Shown one piece after another: positions 1 through 9,678 of a stretch of 32,000 nt of DNA. Under the pieces are notes generated by a model. It did not search any database. It worked only from the letters and a program-made list of their open reading frames with translations, and was not told where the DNA came from. The translations under genes were made by a program, and so were the position numbers. The DNA comes from Planctomycetales bacterium (GTDB lineage: Bacteria; 4484-113; JAFGCY01): contig CP060262.1 of NCBI GenBank assembly GCA_022646745.1, positions 1,500,001 to 1,532,000 on the forward strand. Direction: 5' to 3'. Every line of letters begins with the position of its first letter. Position 1 is the first letter of the stretch.

Positions 1-890
1 ATGTTCATCACCCCGACCGCGCCGATCGTCAGGCACAGCAGGCCGATCACCAGCAGGAAGCGCGACATCGAGTTGGCAGCGGCGGTGCGGCGCTTCAGCC
101 AGTCGTTGAACATCCAGATGTTGAGCGGGCTCCAGCGCTCGTTCTTGGCGAGCACGATCTCCGGGTGGCGGGCCTCGAGCACTTCCGTCACCCGGGTCTT
201 CGCGAACTCAAGGTACTTCTCGTCCTTCACCTCGATGTCGATGTTTACCATCGGGTCCATCGTCGGGAACTCCACCAGTGCGGTGTAAGGCGGCACCAGC
301 ACCTCGTCATTGCTGCCCCCGTGGCGGCCCTCGTCGCGGCGCGCCATCACGCCGATCACCTCGAAGGGCTTGCCCTGGATCAGCAGCTGCTGGCCGATCG
401 GGTCGAGGTTCATGAACAGCTCATCCTTCACGTTGGCACCGATCACCACCTGCTGCTGCATCGAGAGGTTGTCATTCTGGCTGAAGTAGCGGCCGGATGA
501 CAGCTCGAAGGTGCGCGCCTTGAAGTACTCGGGCTCCACGGCGGTCAGGGTCACGCCGCTCTTGGCGGCGCCATTGAGCTCCAGGTCGACATTGGCGAAG
601 AACAGTGTGGCGGCGGCCACCTGCAGCACGGGGATCTCCCTGCGCAGTGCCGCGGCGTCGTCAATCGTCAGGCCGAGGCTTGTGTCGCGGTTCTCAAGTG
701 ACACTGACATTGACTTGGTGCCAAAGCCGCTGAACTGGTCAAGCAGCTGCTTGGTGTTGCCGGCGCTGTAGGCGATCAAGGTCACGACGCAGCCCACGCC
801 GACGGCGATGCCGAGTGTGGTGAGCATCGAGCGCAGCAGGTTGGCGCGCACGCCGCGCACTGCCATGCGTATGACTTCGAAGATGATCAT
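1..890 (-). CDS. ABC transporter permease, MacB/FtsX family (N-terminal ~296 codons; 3' end lies beyond the window start)
   Basis: Not in the supplied ORF track because it runs off the edge. The reverse complement from the ATG at 890 reads MIIFEVIRMAVRGVRANLLRSMLTTLGIAVGVGCVVTLIA..., a typical MacB/FtsX TM1. A soluble periplasmic-type domain follows, then ...NSMSRFLLVIGLLCLTIGAVGVMNI (next TM) at the window edge. Confidence 0.85.
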   Translation of the reverse strand, partial: MIIFEVIRMAVRGVRANLLRSMLTTLGIAVGVGCVVTLIAYSAGNTKQLLDQFSGFGTKSMSVSLENRDTSLGLTIDDAAALRREIPVLQVAAATLFFANVDLELNGAAKSGVTLTAVEPEYFKARTFELSSGRYFSQNDNLSMQQQVVIGANVKDELFMNLDPIGQQLLIQGKPFEVIGVMARRDEGRHGGSNDEVLVPPYTALVEFPTMDPMVNIDIEVKDEKYLEFAKTRVTEVLEARHPEIVLAKNERWSPLNIWMFNDWLKRRTAAANSMSRFLLVIGLLCLTIGAVGVMN

Positions 891-999
891 GCCTACCCAG
901 ACCGGCCCGCCGGCAGGGGATCTGCGGTCCGTCCCTGCCTCTCATTAATGATATCCCAGTCGGGCCTGATTGTTTCAAAGCGCAGCGGGGGCCGCGAAA

Positions 1000-1752
1000 T
1001 CAGCGGGCCATGTCCAGCTGGTCCATTGTCCGCTCCAGCAATGCCTCCAGTTCAGCGGTCATCAGCTGCTGGCGCTTGATCTCCGGGAGCAGCAGAGCGC
1101 GCACTTCGCGTGCATTTGCGGAAGTACGGATGCTCAGGAGAAGTTTCTCCACATGCCGTGGCTGGGCCTCCTGTCGCAGCAGGCGGTACATCACGCTCAG
1201 GCGCACCCACTGGAACAGCTCATTGTCGTGCTCGTCGCGATAGAGCAGGAACTGCTCGTAGGCCCGTGAAATGGTTTCGATGTCATTGTGCCTGAAGGCG
1301 AAGTTCGAAGCGAAATACCATTGCTCCGTATGCATCTCATGGAAGTCCAGGTCTGAGAACAGGCAGCGGAACTCACTGATCTGCAGGGGCTCAAGCTTCA
1401 TGTTGTCCGCGATGATGCGCAACTGAAGGTAGTAACGGCGGCGGGTCAGGTCGCTTTCCGGGCCATGGGTCCGCCGCAGCAGCCTCTCCCGGGCAAGCGG
1501 GTACTCCAGCTCAGCCTTGCCCGCTTCGCGAAATGCCACATGTCGCAGGAATCCAAGGTATGACACCACCATGTCAATTGCGTCCGCCATGTCCCGGTCC
1601 ATCTCTTCAGCGGAGATGATCGCAAGCGCACGCGCATGCAATTCATTGAATCGATTCACATCAAGCTGGTTGAGGGCTTCCGCCATTGGATCCATCAGAT
1701 CCACATACCATTGGGCCCTGGAATAGCTAAGCATTTTCTTCAAGCCTGACAA
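1000..1752 (-). CDS. hypothetical protein, predicted all-helical, no recognisable motif
   Basis: This 250-aa ORF is the only long ORF here with a normal amino-acid composition. It is co-directional with, and 109 nt upstream of, the permease start. Confidence 0.6.
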   Translation of the reverse strand: MSGLKKMLSYSRAQWYVDLMDPMAEALNQLDVNRFNELHARALAIISAEEMDRDMADAIDMVVSYLGFLRHVAFREAGKAELEYPLARERLLRRTHGPESDLTRRRYYLQLRIIADNMKLEPLQISEFRCLFSDLDFHEMHTEQWYFASNFAFRHNDIETISRAYEQFLLYRDEHDNELFQWVRLSVMYRLLRQEAQPRHVEKLLLSIRTSANAREVRALLLPEIKRQQLMTAELEALLERTMDQLDMAR

Positions 1753-1903
1753 GCAGGTCGCATCAGCACCACGGCATATTGCATGCCTGTTAGCGATAAA
1801 AGCTCCGAAGCGGAGTTACACGGTCCAATAGACCATACCAGCGCCGGGCAGATTACATTCTCAATATGAGGATTAATTCCCGGTTTGCAGAAAGGCAAAA
1901 ATT

Positions 1904-1948
1904 AAATGTTGGAAAAATCAACATTTGGAATGCGTGTAATTACGCATT
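1904..1948. promoter_or_regulatory. two adjacent inverted repeats (candidate operators) in a divergent promoter region
   Basis: AAATGTTG (1904-1911) / CAACATTT (1919-1926) is a perfect 8-bp inverted repeat with a 7-nt spacer. AATGCGT (1929-1935) / ACGCATT (1942-1948) is a 7-bp inverted repeat with a 6-nt spacer. A TAGAAT -10-like hexamer lies at 1961-1966, 11 nt before the ATG at 1978. Confidence 0.35.
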
Positions 1949-1977
1949 AGGTTTCATCCCTAGAATTTCCGGTAATA

Positions 1978-4284
1978 ATGACTGATGTGATGCAAAGACA
2001 TGCGATTTTGCGCATGTTACTGCTTTCCTGCGTCATGGTAATTATTGCTGCCGGCAATTCACTGGCAGCGCAGTACAGCGAGTCCCAGTCCGAAGTGGCC
2101 CATATCGGCCAGCTTGACCTCGCGGACAGGGGCAATGGACTCGCATTCGTGCTGCAGGCGCAAATAGGCAGTGCCGGAAGCCTGGATCTGGACGCATCTG
2201 AGCGAAGCATGCTCGATGGTTTCCTTGCCTGGTCACCGGCATTCCGTGAGGACTGCCTGAATGGAACGGTAACTGCGGATACTGAACTTCTCGGGGCCGA
2301 TCTGTTAAGCCTCGCCGTCGTCCTGGACAATGCGGACGCGGTGGAGACGCTGCTTGATTCCTATCCCCGCACCCTCGAACAGCTGCGGCTGGACCGGCTG
2401 CTGGTCAGTGCTCTGCACAGCGGGAACGACGGCATGGCTGCACTGCTCGCCGGGCGTGGAGCGCTGCTCGGCAGTGGCGTGGCCGGCGAAATGCTGCAGC
2501 GGCCGGGAGGAATTGACCCTGAGCTGCTCGGCCGCCTGCTCGAAGTGGGCAAGCCCAGCACTGAACCGGCGGAATGGACTGCATTCATAAGCCGGATCGT
2601 GCCGGTCGCCAGTACGGAGCAGCTCAGTCGCCTGCTGGAAGCGGGCACACACTGGGACTACAGCTCCGCCGGAGATGAACTGCTCGGGGCCTGCCTGTCG
2701 GACGCGGCGAAGCTCAAGCTGCTCAGCAGCAATGGATTCGACGTGGCACGCTATGCCTCCGCCGGTTCACGCCAGCCCCTGGTCTCCATCTGCCGGGCCT
2801 ACCGTGGCCAGCGCCGCAGCCTGGAGATGCGAGCCCCGCTGCTCGGGGTTGCCCGGCTGGAACTTTCGCGCCGAGCATTGGCGATGACCACAACTGAACT
2901 GCTGGAGAAGCTGCAACGCGATGGCGCGCTGAAGGGCCGGCTGGATGAGCGCCTGAAGGAACTGGACCAGCTGTCCGGTGAGGAATACGCGGTCTGCACC
3001 GCAATTGACGACCTGCGCTACTTCCAGATGCTGAGGCGCATGGGTCTCGACCTGAATGCCACCGACGGCGATGGCAACAATGCACTGAACCTGCTGCTGC
3101 TCAACGGCCTGCTCAGTGACAAGGAACTGCAGGAGCTCAGCCAGCTCGGGATTGACCCGCTGCATGAGAACTTCCTGTCCCGCAGCGCGCTGCACATCGC
3201 GATCCTCAACGGCCGTGATGAACTGGCAACGGCCTGGCTGGCGAAGGCGCAGTCCCCGCAGCCAGTGGCGCTGGTGGCCCTCGGCCGCGTTGCCGAGTTC
3301 AATGATGCGGTGGCAAAGCTCGGACTGACGGATGAGCAGGCCAACCGCGAACTGGAGAAGGGCATGCTGCTGGCCGGGCAGGCCGGTAACGGGGCGGCGC
3401 TCAAGGCTGTGATTGCCAGCGGGCGGGCCCCGCTGATGCAGGCACTTGTGATGCTTGGAATGGACAGCGAGCTGGGCAAGGCATTCTTTGACCAGGAACT
3501 GCTGATCAGTGAGAACCTGACCGTTGACAGTTCGCTGACGGTGGCCGTCAAGCGCCAGAACCTCGACCTGCTGGAGTTCCTGTTCAGTGTGCTGCCTCAT
3601 GACCAGCACTGGCTGGAAGAGGCCCAGGACCAGGCGCTGATGGAAGCCGCCAAGCTGGAGGACCGCCGCTTTCTGCAGGCCCTGCTGGATTACGGCACGC
3701 CGGTGGAGCGCCGCAGCTCCGCCGGGATGACGGCGCTTGTGAGTGCCTGCAGTGCCGGCCGGATTGACAACGTACGCTACCTGCTGCAGCTCGGGGCCGA
3801 CCCCGGCCGCGGGCTGGACTACTTCGCCACCCAGGGACGGGCTGCCGGCACGGAGCTCATGCCGGATGCCGAGCGCTCCCGCCAGAACCAGGCGGTGCTG
3901 AAGGTGCTGCTGGCGATCTACAACCCGGAGCATCCGGGGCTGTCGGACGCCTGGACCGGCCGTGATGACATGCTGCCGGACCTGCTGGGAACGATCGTTT
4001 GCTGGCCCGGTGTTGAGCGCGAGCTGGTCGCGCAGGTTGCTGAACTGTCAACGCCGGATGCGCTGCTGGGCGCGATGGCCTGCTGCATCGACCTTGACCG
4101 CAGTGACCTGCTGGCCGCACTGGCCGGGCAGGAAGGAACGGAGCTTTCGTCGGAGCGGCAGCAGGAGCTGCTGGCCCGGGCGTTGCGCGGGGGCAGTGTT
4201 GACTGCATCGCCGTGCTGCTGGAAAAAGGGCTCAATGTGCCAGGCCCGCGGGAGACCGTGAAGCTGCTGGGCATGGATGACTAG
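1978..4284 (+). CDS. secreted ankyrin-repeat protein
   Basis: 768 aa. The N-terminal signal-like segment is MLLLSCVMVIIAAGNSLAAQ. Ankyrin-type repeats include GDGNNALNLLLLNG...SRSALHIAILNGRDELATAWL and AGMTALVSACSAGRIDNVRYLLQLGADP. Confidence 0.8.
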   Translation: MTDVMQRHAILRMLLLSCVMVIIAAGNSLAAQYSESQSEVAHIGQLDLADRGNGLAFVLQAQIGSAGSLDLDASERSMLDGFLAWSPAFREDCLNGTVTADTELLGADLLSLAVVLDNADAVETLLDSYPRTLEQLRLDRLLVSALHSGNDGMAALLAGRGALLGSGVAGEMLQRPGGIDPELLGRLLEVGKPSTEPAEWTAFISRIVPVASTEQLSRLLEAGTHWDYSSAGDELLGACLSDAAKLKLLSSNGFDVARYASAGSRQPLVSICRAYRGQRRSLEMRAPLLGVARLELSRRALAMTTTELLEKLQRDGALKGRLDERLKELDQLSGEEYAVCTAIDDLRYFQMLRRMGLDLNATDGDGNNALNLLLLNGLLSDKELQELSQLGIDPLHENFLSRSALHIAILNGRDELATAWLAKAQSPQPVALVALGRVAEFNDAVAKLGLTDEQANRELEKGMLLAGQAGNGAALKAVIASGRAPLMQALVMLGMDSELGKAFFDQELLISENLTVDSSLTVAVKRQNLDLLEFLFSVLPHDQHWLEEAQDQALMEAAKLEDRRFLQALLDYGTPVERRSSAGMTALVSACSAGRIDNVRYLLQLGADPGRGLDYFATQGRAAGTELMPDAERSRQNQAVLKVLLAIYNPEHPGLSDAWTGRDDMLPDLLGTIVCWPGVERELVAQVAELSTPDALLGAMACCIDLDRSDLLAALAGQEGTELSSERQQELLARALRGGSVDCIAVLLEKGLNVPGPRETVKLLGMDD

Positions 4285-4331
4285 GATGGCCCGCCGGCAG
4301 GCGGAATAGATCGGAAGGCTGGACGAGCGGA

Positions 4332-7031
4332 ATGGAATCAAACAAGAACAGATTTGGCCTGCTGGCCACGGGACTGCTGTGCCTGGCAGCTGCTTCCTGC
4401 GGTGGAGGTGGCGCTGCCCCCAGCGGCAACACGCCCGACCCGACTCCCCCCGATGTCCGGCGCGAGCTGGAGTCGCGGCTGGATGCGGAGTTCTCCCGGC
4501 TGGGGCTGGAGCCCTTGTCCGTGGAGCATGCCGCGCCGACGGCCCCGCATGCGAGTGTGTTTGACATGGTGGCGGAGCAGACCCGCGCTGACGGTTCGGA
4601 TTACACGATCCTGCTGTCCTGGACGGAGGTACTGGCCGGTGACGCCGACCTGAGCGGCACCGTCGATAAGGCTGACCTGGATGCGATCGAGGCAAATCAT
4701 GCCGGGTCCGTCAGCTACCGTGACCCGCGGGTATACCACGGCGAGCAGGGCTGGCCGCAGGGCTACTGGTGGGATGACCAGGGCCGTGACATCCCGCCGG
4801 CGGACAGTGGAGCTGCCAACTGGCGGATGGCGCGGGTTGATGCCAACCGGGATGGGACCATCTCCGAAGCTGACGTGCAGGTGATTGCGGAGAACTGGCA
4901 TTCCCGCATCAGCGCATATGTCATTGAATGGCAGCAGCCCGGCGAGTCAGGCTTCAGCCAGTTGCCAAACCCGGTTGACGACAGCATGCCGTTCACGGTC
5001 TGGCGCAGCGCCGCCTTCCCCGAGGGCAGCCAGGTGGCGGACCCCTACCGGCCGGTGCGCTATTACTTCGAGCTGCAGGTGCCACAGGCCGGGCAGTACA
5101 GCTTCCGCGTCCGGCCCTTTGACGAACTGAGCGGGACAGCGGGCGATGCTGGCAATCTTGCCAGTGTCTCCGCGGGTGGGCCGAGTGTGATGCTCGACGG
5201 CAGCGAGCTGCCGTCTGAACTGAGCCTCGCGGCACCCGGTGAGTGGCGCTTCGATGCATCCGGCAGCAGTGCGGAGGCCGGGATCGCGGCCTACGACTGG
5301 GACCTGGATGGCAACGGAAGCTTTGAAACCTCAAGTGGGGCAGCACCGACGGTGGACCACAGTTTCGGCGGCAGCGGGGCCTGGCGGGTCAGCGTGCGCG
5401 TGACTGACGGCAATGGGCTTGCCAACGTGGCGAGCCGCGTGGTCTATGTGGAACCGGTGCAGCAGATGCGCCCGGCGGCCTACAAGGTGCGGATGTCGGA
5501 TGGAGTCCGCCTGTCAACGCATGTCTACCTGCCGCAGTCCGGCAGCGGGCCCTGGCCGGTGATGCTGGTCCGCACACCCTATGGCAAGGACCCCTCGGTC
5601 TACCTGCCGCTGGCGGAGGAGATGAACAATGCCGGCTACGCACTGGTGACGCAGGACATGCGCGGCCGCTATGAAAGCGAGGGCGAGCTGTCCATCCCGC
5701 TGGAAGGGGAGGACATGCTCGAGCCGCGCGACGGCGTTGACACATTTGACTGGCTCAACACCCAGGAATGGTGCAATGGCAGCATCGGCAGCACCGGCGG
5801 CAGCATGCTAGGCATGACCCAGCTCTACTCAGCCCCGCACCATCCGCAGGGCCTGAAGGGCCAGTTCATCGGCGTGGCCCCGGCTTCGATGTACCACCAG
5901 TTCGTCTATGTCGGCGGCGCCTTCCGCCAGATGCAGATGGAGCAGTGGGTTGACATCGCGGGCTTTGACCCGCAGAGCCTGGAGATCTGGCGCGCACACC
6001 CGGAGTATGATGAATACTGGGAGCAGTTCAACATTGCCAACACCGCGGCGGACGTGCAGGTGCCCGGCATGCACTACGGCGGCTGGTTCGACACATTCAG
6101 CCAGGGTACGATTGACAGCTGGAGCATCCGCCAGAAGCAGGGCGGGCAGGGGGCACGCGGCCGGCAGTGGCTGGTGATGGGGCCCTGGGGCCACGGTACC
6201 GAATACAACAGGAAGCAGGGCGAGATCGAGTTCCCGGAGAATGCGATCAAGCCGCCGGACTACCCCTACCCGATGTTCATGGACCACTTCGTGCTCGGCA
6301 CGGACACCGGGCTGCTGGAGCGGCCCTTCGTGACCTACTACCGCATGGGGGCCATCGCTGAGGAAGGAGCTCCCGGCAATGACTGGCAGTTCGCCGACGA
6401 CTGGCCGGTGCCCCACAGCGTTGCCAGTTACTACCTGCATGCTGACGGCAGCCTGTCAACGCAGGCACCGCTGGAGCCGGAGACGATGCAGTGGAGCTTT
6501 GACCCGTCCGATCCGACCCCGACCGTCGGCGGGCGCAACCTGTATGAACCGAAGGGCATGTTCGACCAGCGCAGCATCGAGGGACGCAGTGACAACCTGC
6601 TGTTCACGACCGATCCGCTGGCGCAGCCGCTTGAGGTGACGGGACGCGTACTGGCTAAGCTGTTCGTGGCCAGTGATGCTGTGGATACTGATGTGGCTGT
6701 GCGCCTGAGTGATGTGTACCCGGACGGCCGCAGCATCCTGCTGCTGGATGGCATCCTGCGCCTGCGTTACCGCAATGGCTTCAGCCAGGCGGTGCTGCTG
6801 GTGCCGGATGAACGCACGGAGGTGGAGGTCGACCTGTGGAGCACGAGCTATGTGTTCAACAGCGGGCACCGCATCCGGCTGGCACTGACATCAAGCAACC
6901 ATGCGCGCTGGGACCTGAACCCCGGCACGGGAGAGGTCTGGGTGGATGGTGGCGAGTACGTGGTGCAGGAAAACACTGTCTATTTCGGCCCGCAGCAGGC
7001 ATCCGCGCTGCTGCTGCCGGTGGTGCAGTAG
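4332..7031 (+). CDS. lipoprotein with two dockerin/EF-hand-like Ca loops, a PKD domain and a CocE/NonD (S15 X-Pro dipeptidyl-peptidase-like) hydrolase domain
   Basis: Lipobox: LLCLAAASCGGGG. Ca-loop motifs: DADLSGTVDKAD and DANRDGTISEAD. PKD motif: YDWDLDGNGSFE...WRVSVRVTDGNG. CocE/NonD N-terminus: MSDGVRLSTHVYLPQSGSGPWPVMLVRTPYGK. Nucleophile-elbow-like motif: GGSMLG. Confidence 0.85.
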   Translation: MESNKNRFGLLATGLLCLAAASCGGGGAAPSGNTPDPTPPDVRRELESRLDAEFSRLGLEPLSVEHAAPTAPHASVFDMVAEQTRADGSDYTILLSWTEVLAGDADLSGTVDKADLDAIEANHAGSVSYRDPRVYHGEQGWPQGYWWDDQGRDIPPADSGAANWRMARVDANRDGTISEADVQVIAENWHSRISAYVIEWQQPGESGFSQLPNPVDDSMPFTVWRSAAFPEGSQVADPYRPVRYYFELQVPQAGQYSFRVRPFDELSGTAGDAGNLASVSAGGPSVMLDGSELPSELSLAAPGEWRFDASGSSAEAGIAAYDWDLDGNGSFETSSGAAPTVDHSFGGSGAWRVSVRVTDGNGLANVASRVVYVEPVQQMRPAAYKVRMSDGVRLSTHVYLPQSGSGPWPVMLVRTPYGKDPSVYLPLAEEMNNAGYALVTQDMRGRYESEGELSIPLEGEDMLEPRDGVDTFDWLNTQEWCNGSIGSTGGSMLGMTQLYSAPHHPQGLKGQFIGVAPASMYHQFVYVGGAFRQMQMEQWVDIAGFDPQSLEIWRAHPEYDEYWEQFNIANTAADVQVPGMHYGGWFDTFSQGTIDSWSIRQKQGGQGARGRQWLVMGPWGHGTEYNRKQGEIEFPENAIKPPDYPYPMFMDHFVLGTDTGLLERPFVTYYRMGAIAEEGAPGNDWQFADDWPVPHSVASYYLHADGSLSTQAPLEPETMQWSFDPSDPTPTVGGRNLYEPKGMFDQRSIEGRSDNLLFTTDPLAQPLEVTGRVLAKLFVASDAVDTDVAVRLSDVYPDGRSILLLDGILRLRYRNGFSQAVLLVPDERTEVEVDLWSTSYVFNSGHRIRLALTSSNHARWDLNPGTGEVWVDGGEYVVQENTVYFGPQQASALLLPVVQ

Positions 7032-7103
7032 CCATTTCCAGCACCTGCCGCTGATTGGCAAACCGTCCGCAATTGAAGGGTGTACGCGCCGGTATTGCAT
7101 AAT

Positions 7104-8366
7104 ATGCACATGCTTCCAATGGCGGCCATGCTGCTCAAATCCACGCAGATGCAGGAGATTGCTAAGTCGATCGGCGAACTCGGTGATGACTTCCACCGCA
7201 CGATCAACAAGACAATCCCGTTAGCCACCACAGAAACAGAGTTCGTCGGAGTGAACCTGGCGGAGCTGCTGTACGGCATCGGCGGCATCATTCTGGCGCT
7301 GGCACTGCGCTGGTTCCTGGTCTGGGTCGTCGGCCGGATCCTGCACAGGATCAGCCCGAGCAGCTCATCGGACTGGCAGCACAGCATCTGGGTGCTGCTG
7401 ATGCGCTATCTGAGCTCCGCGATAGTGCTGTTTGCTCTGTTCTATGCCTTCGCCGTTATCGAACTGCCACGGCGCCCGGTCAACTGGGAGCTTTGGCTTT
7501 GGCAGGTCTACCTGAGCTGCGCGCTGGCCTATGCCGGCTGGCTGCTGGTGAAGACGGTTGAGTTCATCATCCGCTCCCTGGCGCACAGGGCCAGTGCCGG
7601 AGGTCGCAATGACCAGCTCCAGCTGCTCGCTCTGGTGCGGGACCTGATGCGGGTCGCGGTGATCATCATCGCCGTGATCTTCGGCGTGCAGGTCTGGGGC
7701 TACAACGCCACCACCCTGCTGGCCGGTGTCGGTATCGGTGGTCTGGCGGTGGCCTTCGCAGCCCAGGACTTCATCGCCAACATCCTCGGCACGATGGTGG
7801 TCTGGAGTGACCGGCCGTACAAGGTCGGCGACCACGTGATCATCGACGGTGTGGAGGGCGTGGTGGAGGACATCGGCGTGCGTTCCACGCGCATCCGGAT
7901 GTTCGACCGCACTCTGGTCAGCGTGCCGAACAAGGCCGCTGCCAACGAAAAGGTCTACAATCTCGCGGCGATCAACAAGCGCCGCATCCGCTTCACGATT
8001 GGGCTGGTCTACGACACCACGCCGGAGGAGATCCAGCAGGCGATCGACGCCGTGCTGGAGATCATCTCCGCCAATGAGGAGATCGAGGCCGAGACATTCT
8101 GGGCCTGGTTCACGGAGTTCAATGCCTACAGCCAGGACATCCTGATCCAGTGCTTCACCAGGAGCAATGACTTCCAGGACTTCATGCGCATCCGCCACGG
8201 GCTGCTGCTGGACATCAGGCGCGCCTTCAACCGGATGGGCCTCGAGTTCGCCTTCCCGACCCAGGTCGAGTACCAGCTTGAACCGCGGCCGGCCGCACCT
8301 CCGCCAGCTCCGCCGAAGAAGGGTGGCGGCAGGAAGGAGGAAGCCAAACCGAAGGAGGCTGACTGA
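7104..8366 (+). CDS. mechanosensitive ion channel, MscS family (paralog 1)
   Basis: Core MscS motif: LLAGVGIGGLAVAFAAQDFIANILGTMVVWSDRPYKVGDHVIIDGVEGVVEDIGVRSTRIRMFDRTLVSVPN. The start is uncertain. The ORF track uses GTG 7080, and ATGs occur at 7104, 7110, 7119 and 7128, none with an SD. CATAAT at 7098-7103 sits 6 nt before ATG 7110. Confidence 0.85.
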   Translation: MHMLPMAAMLLKSTQMQEIAKSIGELGDDFHRTINKTIPLATTETEFVGVNLAELLYGIGGIILALALRWFLVWVVGRILHRISPSSSSDWQHSIWVLLMRYLSSAIVLFALFYAFAVIELPRRPVNWELWLWQVYLSCALAYAGWLLVKTVEFIIRSLAHRASAGGRNDQLQLLALVRDLMRVAVIIIAVIFGVQVWGYNATTLLAGVGIGGLAVAFAAQDFIANILGTMVVWSDRPYKVGDHVIIDGVEGVVEDIGVRSTRIRMFDRTLVSVPNKAAANEKVYNLAAINKRRIRFTIGLVYDTTPEEIQQAIDAVLEIISANEEIEAETFWAWFTEFNAYSQDILIQCFTRSNDFQDFMRIRHGLLLDIRRAFNRMGLEFAFPTQVEYQLEPRPAAPPPAPPKKGGGRKEEAKPKEAD

Positions 8367-9595
8367 TGCTGCAGCAGGAAACAACAAGCGCCACGCCTGA
8401 TGTGGCTGCCGACTCGATCAATGCCGTCAGCGAGGCGATCAGCCAGTACGGAGAGGCCCTGCGGTCCTGGATGGGGAACTGGCTGCCGCTCAGTGACCCG
8501 GCCGCCGGTGGGATCAGCCTGACGAACGTTGCCATCGTGATCGGTCTGCTGCTGCTGATGCTGCTGGTGCGGCTCGTGCTGCTGAAGGGTGCGGCGCGGG
8601 TGCTGGATGTTGACGACGAGGGCGAGATGGAGCAGCGGCCCTTCGCAGCGATCGTGTTCAAGCTGATCGGCGATGTGCTGCTGCTGCTGGCGATCTTCGT
8701 CGGCGTGACCCTGCTCAACCTGCCGCAGAAGCCGTTGGACTGGAACATCTTCGCCCTGCGCGGCTGGATGACCGTTGCACTGGTGTTCGCATCGCAGCTG
8801 GTCTACACGCTGCTGTCCCTGCAGATCCGCCTGATCGGGCGCACGCGCTTCGCGAAGGAGCACAATGAGCTGTACAAGCAGCTCAGGCCGCTCCTGAATG
8901 ATGCGCTGAAGATCACGATCGGTGTGTTCGCCGCGGTGCTGCTGATACAGATCTGGGGATACAACGCCGGCGCGCTGCTGGCCGGACTGGGCATCGGCGG
9001 TCTGGCCTTCGCGTTCGCCGCCCAGAACAGCATTGCCAACATCTTCGGCACGGTGGTGATCTTCGCCGACCGGCCATACAAGGTGGGCGACTTCATCCGC
9101 ATCGGTGACACCGAGGGCTTCGTGGAGAAGATCGGCGTGCGCTCCACGCGCATCCGCCAGCTGGACTCGAACATCGTCACGGTGCCGAATGCGACGATCG
9201 CCGACACGGAGATCATCAACATCACCGAAAGCCCGATGCGCAACATCCGCTTCGCCGTCGGGCTGCTCTACAGCCACGACGCTGAGATGCTGGAACGGGC
9301 GCTGGCCGAGATACGCGAGATCTGCCGGACGCATGAGGGCCTCGTGCGTGACCTGGGCTGGGTGCACTTCGACCAGTTCGGCGCATCATCGCAGGACATC
9401 CTGATCAATGTGTTCGCAGATACAACAGACATGCCCCGCTACATGGCGATCAAGGAGGGCCTGCTGCTGAAGGTGCGCCGTGCGATGGACAGCATCGGTG
9501 CCGGCTTCGCCTTCCCGAGCCGCAGTATCTACCTTGAGGACAGCCCGGGGCTGGACCGCATCACCATGGCTGAGCGGACTCGCGCAGGGGGCTGA
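8366..9595 (+). CDS. mechanosensitive ion channel, MscS family (paralog 2)
   Basis: LLAGLGIGGLAFAFAAQNSIANIFGTVVIFADRPYKVGDFIRIGDTEGFVEKIGVRSTRIRQLDSNIVTVPN. Its ATG overlaps the upstream TGA by 1 nt (TGATG). Confidence 0.85.
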   Translation: MLQQETTSATPDVAADSINAVSEAISQYGEALRSWMGNWLPLSDPAAGGISLTNVAIVIGLLLLMLLVRLVLLKGAARVLDVDDEGEMEQRPFAAIVFKLIGDVLLLLAIFVGVTLLNLPQKPLDWNIFALRGWMTVALVFASQLVYTLLSLQIRLIGRTRFAKEHNELYKQLRPLLNDALKITIGVFAAVLLIQIWGYNAGALLAGLGIGGLAFAFAAQNSIANIFGTVVIFADRPYKVGDFIRIGDTEGFVEKIGVRSTRIRQLDSNIVTVPNATIADTEIINITESPMRNIRFAVGLLYSHDAEMLERALAEIREICRTHEGLVRDLGWVHFDQFGASSQDILINVFADTTDMPRYMAIKEGLLLKVRRAMDSIGAGFAFPSRSIYLEDSPGLDRITMAERTRAGG

Positions 9596-9678
9596 GGAAG
9601 CGTTCTGGCCAGGGTCCGGGAAACTGAGCGGGACTTGTAATTTCCCCTGCGTCTGGTTAAGCTGGACTGGGGAGTTTG

